This document shows positions 19,130 to 27,537 of a stretch of 64,000 nt of DNA, piece by piece. This DNA comes from Trueperaceae bacterium. GTDB lineage: Bacteria > Deinococcota > Deinococci > Deinococcales > Trueperaceae. The stretch lies in NCBI GenBank assembly GCA_965213925.1, contig OZ243927.1:928001-992000 (forward strand). Direction: 5' to 3'. The notes beneath the pieces are model-generated. The model worked only from the letters and a program-made list of their open reading frames with translations, made no database searches and was not told where the DNA came from. Numbering within the stretch: the stretch's first letter is position 1; every line of letters begins with the position of its first letter. A program made the translations under genes and the position numbers.

Positions 19130-19379
19130 ATAAAGATCAGGTTACCCATTTTGCATCTTTTAAGCGCGTAGTTTTATTACGCGCACGGTGTTACGGCGCG
19201 ACGTTCGTACGGGTGACCTATCGACTAGCTGAGCATGAGGAGACTATCGCGTCGCTGATTGTAGCGTTGGTTCGGAGGCAGGCACATAGAGAGCGGATGA
19301 ATAGAGGGGAATTTGGTTGCGTATAACCCCTGTGTGCATTCGTTATCACATACACGCACGTGAACACCCTGCCTTTGTT

Positions 19380-20264
19380 TCAGTAATCAACGGCTGAAGT
19401 GTACCGGGGGTCGTCGTGCAGAGACCAGTAAGCGTCTTGCAGTTTCTGAGTGATCGGACCTATTGACCCGGTACCGATGATTTGGTCGTCAATCTTGGTG
19501 ATTGGCATGATGCCACCAGCCGTACTTGTCGCAAACACCTCATCGGCGGCGCGCGCGTGTTCAGGGGCTAGGTCAGCCTGGACAACCTTGTACCCATGTT
19601 CCATTGCCAACGCTACCGCTGTTTTGCGGGTAATGCCCTCGAGCACACCGCTTGCTGGTGTTGTAATGACGGAATTTTTAACGGCGAAGATGTTGAAGCC
19701 AGTCCCTTCCTTGATATTGCCCCCAGCGTCGACCACTGCCGCTGTTTCCCCGCCGCGGTCGTAAGCCTCAAACTGCCCCATGACCAAGTCGAGCCAGTGA
19801 TAGTTTTTGACGACGGGATCAACGGACTCGGGCGGTATCCGCTGCTTGCGGCTCACGATCAGATGAAGCCCTCCTTGTGGCTCCGTTATCCAGACGAAGG
19901 GAATGGCGAAGGCGAAAAATTGGTTCGTGCAGGTTCTCGGGTCGCGCGATCCGGGTTCAGGTTGACCCCTGGTCGTGATCATCTCGACATAAGCCTTACG
20001 CAGCCCGGTCGCCCTAACGCAATCACTCAAAATCGAAGATAACGCCTCGCGCGAGTAGGGAATGGACAGACGCAACTTAGCCATGCCGGAAGAGAAGCGC
20101 TCCAAGTGATCGTCAAGCCGAAAGAATTTGCCGTTCCACACGTGCACAACGTCGTACGTCGCGTCAGAATGGAGAAAGCCCCAATCGAGTATCGAAATCT
20201 TCGCTTCGGAAATCGGCACAATCTCTCCGCCGATATAGGCAGCGCCTTTCGAGAAGTCGGTCAT
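19380..20264 (-). CDS. Fold-type IV PLP aminotransferase, (R)-amine transaminase-like
   Basis: GFLHSDATYDV, HLERF, VKNYHWLDL, EGTGFN, LEGITR, STAGG. Confidence 0.85.
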   Translation of the reverse strand: MTDFSKGAAYIGGEIVPISEAKISILDWGFLHSDATYDVVHVWNGKFFRLDDHLERFSSGMAKLRLSIPYSREALSSILSDCVRATGLRKAYVEMITTRGQPEPGSRDPRTCTNQFFAFAIPFVWITEPQGGLHLIVSRKQRIPPESVDPVVKNYHWLDLVMGQFEAYDRGGETAAVVDAGGNIKEGTGFNIFAVKNSVITTPASGVLEGITRKTAVALAMEHGYKVVQADLAPEHARAADEVFATSTAGGIMPITKIDDQIIGTGSIGPITQKLQDAYWSLHDDPRYTSAVDY

Positions 20265-20313
20265 CCTTGTTTTCTACCATTTGTAGGGAGCGGATAGATA
20301 AGGGGAAAGCTCG

Positions 20314-20508
20314 TTACGGCGTAGTATCGAAATCGTCAGCCATCTTAAACCAACCCTTACCGCTTCTAACCAGTCCACGTGTCTTACTAGAAAGCTGTTG
20401 CGTAGGCACGATTTTTATTGCGGCACCATCTTCACCTACAATTACGACCTCTTTACCCTAGGCAGCCTCAGCGAAGCGCTTTTCCGCCTCTTTGAGCGGG
20501 ATGTTCAT
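20314..20508 (-). pseudogene. Phd/YefM-like antitoxin pseudogene
   Basis: MNIPLKEAEKRFAEAA*GKEVVIV...KIVP...RSGKGWFKMADDFD with in-frame TAG at 20458-20460. TATACT 6 nt before the ATG; no adjacent toxin gene. Confidence 0.65.
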
Positions 20509-20580
20509 GAGAGAAGTATACCTCTTCTACAGGTGAACCTCTAACGGCTATAGCTCAGGAGCGCTAAATACTCGAGAAAG

Positions 20581-21537
20581 TTAGTTTGACAGTTTCCACT
20601 CGAAACCGGTTTCTTTTTCTGATCGGTCCCACAGCTTTGTCATGACGGCCTTGTCGTGGGCGTAGGGTTCCAGCGTGCCCTTACCGACCGGACCGACCAT
20701 TTCCATGCGACCGGTGGGGCCGTAAAAGGCTCGCTGTTCCAAAACTCCTTCGGTTGCGCACATGACTTCTGGATAGGCGCCTTTCTCGGCGGTCTGAACC
20801 ATTGGCGACTTGGTCATGAGCCACCACATAATCCGTGTTCCGAGACCACCGCTGGTGCTGATCAACGAGGTCGCGGACGAGCCGGGATGGCAAACGTAGA
20901 CTTTGACATTCTTATTTGCTTCTTTGACCTTATCTTGCAGTTCATATGCAAACATCATCTGAGCCAGCTTACTTTGGCTGTAAGCGGGATTGGCCCGATA
21001 ATTCTTGTCCCAGTTCATGTCGTCGAACTGGATCGTCCTCAGCCCCATCTTATAGCCAAGACTTGCAACAACCACGATGCGGCCCTCGGATTCTTCAATG
21101 CGGTCGAAGAGCATTCCACATAGAATGAAGTGACCGTAATGGTTGGTGCCAAGCTGGCTTTCAAAACCATCAACGGTGAACTTCTGTGTGGGCACCTGTG
21201 CGATGGCCGCGTTGCAGATGAGCGCGTCGATGTGGGGGACTTTCTCCAAAACCTCTACTGCCGCTTCCCGCACAGAATCTAGCACCGCTAAGTCCATACG
21301 CACGAAAGTCACGTCAGCGTCACTGCCAAATTCCTCTTTTAGGGTCGCGATGGCGGCGCTAGACTTTTCGGCGTTGCGGTTCATCATCACCACTTTTGCG
21401 CCTTTGAACAGGAGTATCCGCGTTGCCTCAAATCCTGCACCCGCGTTAGCGCCAGTGATGACATAGGTTTTGCCTGCAAGGGAGCCGAGACGCTCCGGTG
21501 TCCAGCCCCTATGTCCAAATGTTTTTTGCGTAGTCAT
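20581..21537 (-). CDS. SDR oxidoreductase (retinol dehydrogenase-like)
   Basis: TGANAGAG, NAAI, YSQSK. Confidence 0.9.
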   Translation of the reverse strand: MTTQKTFGHRGWTPERLGSLAGKTYVITGANAGAGFEATRILLFKGAKVVMMNRNAEKSSAAIATLKEEFGSDADVTFVRMDLAVLDSVREAAVEVLEKVPHIDALICNAAIAQVPTQKFTVDGFESQLGTNHYGHFILCGMLFDRIEESEGRIVVVASLGYKMGLRTIQFDDMNWDKNYRANPAYSQSKLAQMMFAYELQDKVKEANKNVKVYVCHPGSSATSLISTSGGLGTRIMWWLMTKSPMVQTAEKGAYPEVMCATEGVLEQRAFYGPTGRMEMVGPVGKGTLEPYAHDKAVMTKLWDRSEKETGFEWKLSN

Positions 21538-21627
21538 TGTTCAAACTCCTTGTTTTATGTGAGATGGTTTTTGTTTGTACGAAAGATGGTCTTGCCTGAA
21601 ACAATATGCACCCTTCTTAGTTTAGAC

Positions 21628-21647
21628 GTGAGTAAATGTTTACTTAC
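21628..21647. promoter_or_regulatory. Putative TetR operator upstream of the SDR gene
   Basis: GTGAGTAAAtgTTTACTTAC palindrome with the same core as 22242-22259. Confidence 0.7.
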
Positions 21648-21663
21648 AATGGTCTAAGAAGAA

Positions 21664-22242
21664 TTATTGAAATCCTTGCCAAAAAATATTGAGTACCTCC
21701 CTTAGATCAGCTTTTTCGATACCCTGCAATTTTTGAAACGATTCGCGAACCAATTGGCTGAGTGAACCGTAAACTGCAGCGATGATGATGTCATTGTGAA
21801 TGTCTTGGCGGATGAGCTTGTTTGCTTTTGCTTCATCGAGAAGATTCGTGAGTAGGTTGAACGTCTGCTCGAGCGCACCGGCTTCATTCTCTTTTTTGAT
21901 TGAGGCAGCGCGGTTCAAGGTTTCAAATAGGACAAGACGTTCAGGCTGCTTCAAAAAAGAACCAAACAAATCCTCAAGAAACCCCGTGAAGCGCTTCTCG
22001 GCGGTGCCTTCCTGCTGGCTGAAGCGCTTGGCATAGTCTTCTATCTCCCTGGCGATACCAAGATAAACCTCAGCTAAGAGGTCGTCTTTGTTATCAAAGT
22101 GGCGATAGAGTGCTCCGTCGGTCAAGCCTGCACGTTTGGCAATCTTACTGATGCGAGCAGCATCCAGACCTTCTTCAACGATGAGATCAGCGGCAGCATC
22201 TAAGATTTTTTGACGTGTATCCATGTCACCCTTCAAAGACAT
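21664..22242 (-). CDS. TetR family regulator
   Basis: KILDAAADLIVEEG...IAKRAGLTDGALYRHFDNKDDL. Confidence 0.92.
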   Translation of the reverse strand: MSLKGDMDTRQKILDAAADLIVEEGLDAARISKIAKRAGLTDGALYRHFDNKDDLLAEVYLGIAREIEDYAKRFSQQEGTAEKRFTGFLEDLFGSFLKQPERLVLFETLNRAASIKKENEAGALEQTFNLLTNLLDEAKANKLIRQDIHNDIIIAAVYGSLSQLVRESFQKLQGIEKADLREVLNIFWQGFQ

Positions 22243-22295
22243 AAGTAAACATTTACTTACTGATATAGATTACACTCGATACTCAATTTTGTCAA
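22242..22295 (-). promoter_or_regulatory. tetR promoter with autoregulatory operator
   Basis: TTGACA (22290-22295)-17 bp-TAATCT (22267-22272); perfect palindrome TAAGTAAAcaTTTACTTA at 22242-22259. Confidence 0.75.
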
Positions 22296-22562
22296 GCCTC
22301 AGTGAGGATGGAGCGGATCATGTCAATTTGTGTGCTCGAGCTGCGAAAACTCACCGCCCGCAAGCGCTTCTTTGCCCACATAACTATAATTATCCCGCAG
22401 AGTGCAGGATAGCATCCTTAATAAGCATTTTATCGCAGCACGAAAATAAAAAGTATGATGACGATGAAATATACATAGGTGTTTGCTCAAAAGAAACTCC
22501 CTTTCCCGGTACACCTTCCGAAAGCAAACCGAAAATGTCAGTCTCAGGACGCAACAAGAACA

Positions 22563-23357
22563 TCAATCTGCTGCGTCCAAAAACATCCCCATCGCATGAT
22601 AGCCAGCGTCCACATAAATCGTCTCGCCCGTAATCCCACTTCCCAAATCATCCGCCACGAGCGACAGCGCCAACCCCGCCACCTCATCTTGGGTAATGTT
22701 GCGCTTCAACATCGAGAGCTTGCCCGCCACCGAATACATATCCCCGAAACCCGAAATACTCCGCGCTGCCACGGTGCGAAGGGGTCCCGCGCTAATCGCG
22801 TTGACGCGGACGCCTTGTTCACCAAGGTCGTAGGCAAGAAAGCGGACGCTGGCTTCTAACGCCGCCTTCGCTACCCCCATCATATTGTAGTGCGGCACGA
22901 CGCGCTCGGCTGCAAGGTAGGTCATCGCGAGGATGCTGCCGCCGTCTGTCATAAGAGGTTGGGCGCGTTTTGCCATCGCCACAAGTGAGTACGCCGACAC
23001 GTCCATCGCCGTCGTCCAGGCTTCGCGGCTCACCTCATAAAAAGGCTTTTCAAACGTTTCAGGGGGCGCGAAGGCAACCGAGTGGATGATGAAGTCGAGC
23101 GTGCCGAACTCGTCTTTGACGGCGGCAAAGACTCTGTCTAAGTCGTTGTCTTGGGTGACGTCGCACTCGAGCAACACCGTTTCATCCATTTCCGCCGTGA
23201 GCTTCTCTAAGGTACCTTTAAGCCGCTCCGCCTGATACCCAAAGGCGAGCCGCGCCCCCGCTGCTGAAAGCTTTTGCGCGATGGGCCAGCCGATAGAGCG
23301 CTGATTGGTGACGCCGAAAACGAGTCCTTTTTTGCCTGAGAGGTCGATTGTGTACAT
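22563..23357 (-). CDS. fabI: Enoyl-ACP reductase
   Basis: GVTNQRSIGW, SAYSL, YNMMGVAKAALE, AISAGPLRT. Confidence 0.95.
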   Translation of the reverse strand: MYTIDLSGKKGLVFGVTNQRSIGWPIAQKLSAAGARLAFGYQAERLKGTLEKLTAEMDETVLLECDVTQDNDLDRVFAAVKDEFGTLDFIIHSVAFAPPETFEKPFYEVSREAWTTAMDVSAYSLVAMAKRAQPLMTDGGSILAMTYLAAERVVPHYNMMGVAKAALEASVRFLAYDLGEQGVRVNAISAGPLRTVAARSISGFGDMYSVAGKLSMLKRNITQDEVAGLALSLVADDLGSGITGETIYVDAGYHAMGMFLDAAD

Positions 23358-23527
23358 GCGAATAACTTAACACGTGGACGGAAGCGTGCGTACGGCGGTG
23401 TGGCGGCGCGTAGGGCGCGTCTAGGAACAACGCGCCGTCCCTCGAGACCTTTTAGCGAGCGTCCGGGAGCGCTGTGTAGGGGCATTGTAATCTGCCCCGG
23501 CAAAACGTTCTGAATGAGAAAGGCGGG

Positions 23528-25525
23528 TTAGCTCGAGGCTGCCAACAGCTCCAGCGGTGTAATCTCTAAGCGCCGCGCTACAGCGTGCTCTTGCAGGTGG
23601 GTGATGAACGCATCCGTTCCTACGCCGTTTTGATTCGGTTCTTTGCGGCTGCGGAAGGAGAGGGCGTCGTTCTCGAGTTCTTTATCGCCGATGATGATGA
23701 TGTACGGCACTTTGTAAAGCTCCGCTTCGCGCACCTTGTACTGCATCCGCTCGCTGCTGGTATCAACTTCGGAACGTAAACCTGCCTCGAAGAAGCGAGC
23801 TTTAAGTGCGTGCGCGTACTCGTTGTGACGGTCTGCAATCGGCACGATGCGCACTTGTTCGGGCGCGAGCCACAAGGGGAAGTCGCCTGCGAAATGCTCC
23901 AACAGAAAGCCGATGAAGCGCTCATGGGTCGAAAGAGGGGCGCGGTGCAAACAGAGCGGCACCTTCTTCTCGTTGTGCTCGTCGATATAGAAGAGCCCGA
24001 GCCGCTCAGGTTGCGCGAAGTCCACCTGGTTGGTCGCTAGCGTGAACTCGCGACCGATGGCGCTCTTGATCTGCACGTCGATTTTGGGACCGTAAAACGC
24101 GGCTTCGTCCTCGACTTCGGTGAAGGGGACGTCATTTTTCGTCATCGCGTTACGCACCATGTCTTCGGTTTTGAGCCAGAGAGGTTCGTTGTCAACGTAC
24201 TTCTTACCTAAACCGTCTTTGCTGTGTTTGGAGAGGCGCATCACGTAGTCACGGATGTCGAAGAGGTTGAAGTAGTAGAGGTACATCTCGATGACGTTCA
24301 AGAACTCGCGTTCGAACTGGTCTTCGGTGCAGTAGATGTGCGCGTCGTTCATCTGCAAGCTGCGCACGCGCATGAGTCCCATCAGTGCGCCCGAGCCCTC
24401 GTACCGGTAGCAGGTGCCGTATTCGGCTAAGCGAATCGGCAAGTCGCGGTAGCTGCGCGGACGCGCGGCGAAAATCTTGTGGTGGAAGGGGCAGTTCATC
24501 GGCTTCATGAAGTAGCGGACGTTCTCCAACTCCATCGGCGGGTACATGTCCTCTTCGTAGTAGGCGAGGTGCCCGCTTTTGATGAAGAGCTGGTCTTTGG
24601 CGAGGTGCGGGCTCTTGACACGCTGGTAGCCCGCTCTCAGCTCGACCTCTTTGGCTAAGCTCTCGAGTTCCTCGATCATCACGCCGCCGCGCGGCAGCCA
24701 AAGGGGTAAACCAGGACCGACATCCTCGTCCAAGGTGTAGATATCCAGCTCCGCGCCCAACTTGCGGTGGTCGCGCTTTTTCGCCTCCTCGAGCATCCAC
24801 AGGTGCTGCTCTAGCTCGTCTTTGGTCTTAAACGCTACGCCGTAAATCCGCTGGAGCATCGGGCGCGACTCGTCGCCACGCCAGTACGCGCCTGCGACGC
24901 TCATCAGCTTAAAGTGTTGCGGGATGTCGCCCGTGCTCGGCACGTGCGGACCTCTACAGAGGTCGGTGAAGCCCGTCTCGCCGCCCTGTTCGTAAAAGGT
25001 CAGTGCTACGTCTTCGGGCAGGTCGCGGATAAGCTCGAGCTTATAGGGGTCGCCGACCTCTTCATAACGCGCGACCGCCTCCTCACGGGGTAATTCATAG
25101 CGGCGCAGCGGGAGCTTCGCCTTAACGATGTCGCGCATCCGCTTCTCGATGTCTTCTAAATCTTCCGCGCTGAGCGTTTCCGGTACGTCGAAGTCGTAGT
25201 AAAAGCCGTTCTCGATGACCGGACCGATGCCCATTTTGACGTCACTGCGGCTGTAGCCCTTCGCCGCGAAGAAGTCGATGACCGCTTGCGCCATCACGTG
25301 CGCTAGGGTGTGGCGCATCAGGCGTAAGACCTCGTCGTCGCGCTTGGTTAAGATAGTGACTTGCGCTTCGCCCGGAACTTCGCTGAAGAGGTCGCTGAGC
25401 TGTCCGTTCACCGTGCCACCTAGCGCGGCTTTCGCCAAACCAGGACCGATGGCTTCGGCAACGCTTTTTAGGGTCGAATGTTCGGGCAAGTCGAGACGCT
25501 TGCCGTCGGGTAGGGTTACGTGCAT
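23528..25525 (-). CDS. thrS: Threonine--tRNA ligase
   Basis: TGS domain, DLCRGPH editing domain, KPMNCP, AFYGPK, HRAP, anticodon-binding domain. Confidence 0.97.
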   Translation of the reverse strand: MHVTLPDGKRLDLPEHSTLKSVAEAIGPGLAKAALGGTVNGQLSDLFSEVPGEAQVTILTKRDDEVLRLMRHTLAHVMAQAVIDFFAAKGYSRSDVKMGIGPVIENGFYYDFDVPETLSAEDLEDIEKRMRDIVKAKLPLRRYELPREEAVARYEEVGDPYKLELIRDLPEDVALTFYEQGGETGFTDLCRGPHVPSTGDIPQHFKLMSVAGAYWRGDESRPMLQRIYGVAFKTKDELEQHLWMLEEAKKRDHRKLGAELDIYTLDEDVGPGLPLWLPRGGVMIEELESLAKEVELRAGYQRVKSPHLAKDQLFIKSGHLAYYEEDMYPPMELENVRYFMKPMNCPFHHKIFAARPRSYRDLPIRLAEYGTCYRYEGSGALMGLMRVRSLQMNDAHIYCTEDQFEREFLNVIEMYLYYFNLFDIRDYVMRLSKHSKDGLGKKYVDNEPLWLKTEDMVRNAMTKNDVPFTEVEDEAAFYGPKIDVQIKSAIGREFTLATNQVDFAQPERLGLFYIDEHNEKKVPLCLHRAPLSTHERFIGFLLEHFAGDFPLWLAPEQVRIVPIADRHNEYAHALKARFFEAGLRSEVDTSSERMQYKVREAELYKVPYIIIIGDKELENDALSFRSRKEPNQNGVGTDAFITHLQEHAVARRLEITPLELLAASS

Positions 25526-25764
25526 AGAAGTACCTCGAGAAATACTAGAGTTTTTAGTCCTTTGAAAAATTGAATCAGGTGTGCAGCATTAAGAGCGCCC
25601 AAAGCGGCGCGTTCGAGTCGTTAGATAAGTAGGACTCGAGAAATAAACAAATTCAAAGTGAGGTCTTATCCTCATAACTCTAAGGTAACATAGTTAGGGT
25701 TTTTTAGAGCGTTATGCACGTCGCAAGAAATCGCGTTAATTCTTCAGGAAAAGCATTTCAGCAT

Positions 25765-26000
25765 AGGTGAAGGCTAAAAGCCCCCTTTCGTTACGGAGTT
25801 TCCCGAAGGGACGGATGAACGACCTTTGAGCTTCGCTCTAACCTGTGTCAGCTAGTCAGCTTACGCAAGTTTTGACTTTGTCAAACCGTTCGTTTGCTTC
25901 GCGAGAGTACATAACCAGCTCGACTGGATTTCAGGTATCTAAACCTTTCCCTAACTAGCTGACTCGCTGCTCTCCCACTTCTAAAGCAAGAGCTTGTCAC
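25765..26000. ncRNA. Candidate structured non-coding RNA or non-autonomous mobile-element end of unknown family
   Basis: 13-bp stem 25847-25859/25951-25963 enclosing several hairpins, with further hairpins on both flanks. No ORF. Confidence 0.5.
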
Positions 26001-26030
26001 TCAGCACAAACTCTTACACATCTCTCTCCA

Positions 26031-26051
26031 GATAGTATACACTGTACTATC
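26031..26051. promoter_or_regulatory. Palindrome overlapping a leftward -10 box and abutting the 26052 ATG
   Basis: GATAGTA-N7-TACTATC; TATACT on the minus strand at 26034-26039. Confidence 0.45.
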
Positions 26052-26837
26052 ATGAACTTGATTGCCTTGCTTTGCACCGATACACAGCTCAGCCACACGC
26101 TCAGCCATTTTCGCAAGGCGTCTTTGGGTTGTTACCTCCATCCCATCTCTCACACTAACATGAGCGAGGTATCGCGTTCGCTCGCGCCGATGGGCTTCTC
26201 TGGCGCACTCATCCTGGACGAAGCGCAGCACGCCAGAGCGTACAGCACGGCGCAGCGCAGTTCGTTAGACGCGCAAGAGGTCGGGGCGGCGGACGCGCTG
26301 AGCGTTTCGATCGGCGGGCTCTTAGCCGAATATAACCTCGGGCGGTCGGTCGGCGCGGCTTTGCAAAATAGAGGGTGGAGCGCACGGGGGGCGAACGTCG
26401 TGCTCTTGGGAGAGGGCGCGCCCGCACGGACGACGTGTTTGGAACTCTCGAGCTTAGGAGCCGCTCACCTCACCGTCTTAGCCACCAACCGCCCCGCCGC
26501 CGAGCTGACCTCGCAGTACGCTTACGCCGCCAGCACCCAAATCACCGCGCGGGCGTACCGCGACCCCTTAGCCCACGCCTATCTGAGCCGCGCGGACCTC
26601 TTGATTCGCATAGACGAGAGCGCCGACGTTCCTGCGAATGTTCTCGGACCTCACCTGAGCGTCGTGGACTTCTCCAGAGAAGCCATGAGCCCGCTGCGCC
26701 AGCAAGCTGCGAGTTTAGGCGCGATGACTTTAGGCTACCGCGACGTGCAGGCGTATCAGATTGCGCTGGGGTTAGAGCAGATTTTGGGCGCACGGGTCAA
26801 CCCGAGCGACTTTTTAGCGGCGCTGCACTCGCTTTAA
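26052..26837 (+). CDS. Degenerate shikimate dehydrogenase-like protein
   Basis: AroE-like layout (GFSGA, AQEVGAAD, VVLLGEGAPA, YQIALG), but the TxPxK and NTD catalytic motifs are absent. Confidence 0.6.
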   Translation: MNLIALLCTDTQLSHTLSHFRKASLGCYLHPISHTNMSEVSRSLAPMGFSGALILDEAQHARAYSTAQRSSLDAQEVGAADALSVSIGGLLAEYNLGRSVGAALQNRGWSARGANVVLLGEGAPARTTCLELSSLGAAHLTVLATNRPAAELTSQYAYAASTQITARAYRDPLAHAYLSRADLLIRIDESADVPANVLGPHLSVVDFSREAMSPLRQQAASLGAMTLGYRDVQAYQIALGLEQILGARVNPSDFLAALHSL

Positions 26838-26904
26838 GAGAAACCACGTTAAGAATTACGCGGTGGCTGGAAACCCTCTATCTCGAGCTTTGCTAAACTG
26901 TCTT

Positions 26905-27426
26905 ATGAAACTGCAACGGTTCTGCCTGCTGAGCGTTCTACTCATCCTCTGCGCTTGCTCCGCGAATCCCGATGAAGCGCCGAGCGAAAACCTCGAATTT
27001 GTTTTGCAAACCGACCAGACTCGTTATCTCGCCGAGCCCTCTATAGGTTCCTCTTACAGCTTCTCTCTGACCGCGACCCTCGATAACACGACGGCTGAAA
27101 CGATCTACTTAAACCTCTGCTTTCCAGATGACACGAGCCCTATCTACGGTGTTGTGTTGGCGGACGAAGACGCCGGGGAGAGCGCCTGGAATCCGGCTTG
27201 GGGCTGTGTAGGGCATGATGAGAGCATCGCGGTAGAGCCGGGGCAAAGCTACACCGAAACGTACCGACTCGAAGCTCCCAACGCCTACAGTAGCGACGGA
27301 GAACCCATCGGAGAGACCGAAGGGCTATTCAGGCTCGTTTACGAAACGCTCGCTTGCGCTGAGAGTGATGCGTGCGCGCCCGGCTCTCTCAGCTCGAACG
27401 CTTTCAGGATCGAGCTTGCCGATTGA
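26905..27426 (+). CDS. Hypothetical lipoprotein
   Basis: Lipobox ILCAC; beta-rich body; TAAACT 5 nt before the ATG. Confidence 0.7.
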   Translation: MKLQRFCLLSVLLILCACSANPDEAPSENLEFVLQTDQTRYLAEPSIGSSYSFSLTATLDNTTAETIYLNLCFPDDTSPIYGVVLADEDAGESAWNPAWGCVGHDESIAVEPGQSYTETYRLEAPNAYSSDGEPIGETEGLFRLVYETLACAESDACAPGSLSSNAFRIELAD

Positions 27427-27537
27427 AGGTGCCGCTCGGTGTTACCTTTAACAAGGTCTCGGCTCCACCTTGAACGGTAAATGGTGTGTGAAAATTAACT
27501 CACAAATCCGCACAACGCGCGTCATAGACTAGAATCT

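Noticed and set aside
22223..22633. ORFs between tetR and fabI
   Set aside because: No recognisable family or start signals; the longer one overlaps the tetR promoter.
25847..25963. Retron msr-msd interpretation of the 13-bp inverted repeat
   Set aside because: No reverse transcriptase in the window and no long msd-type hairpin.
25526..26030. T-box riboswitch upstream of thrS
   Set aside because: No GGTGGnACCGCG antiterminator motif or recognisable specifier stem on the minus strand.
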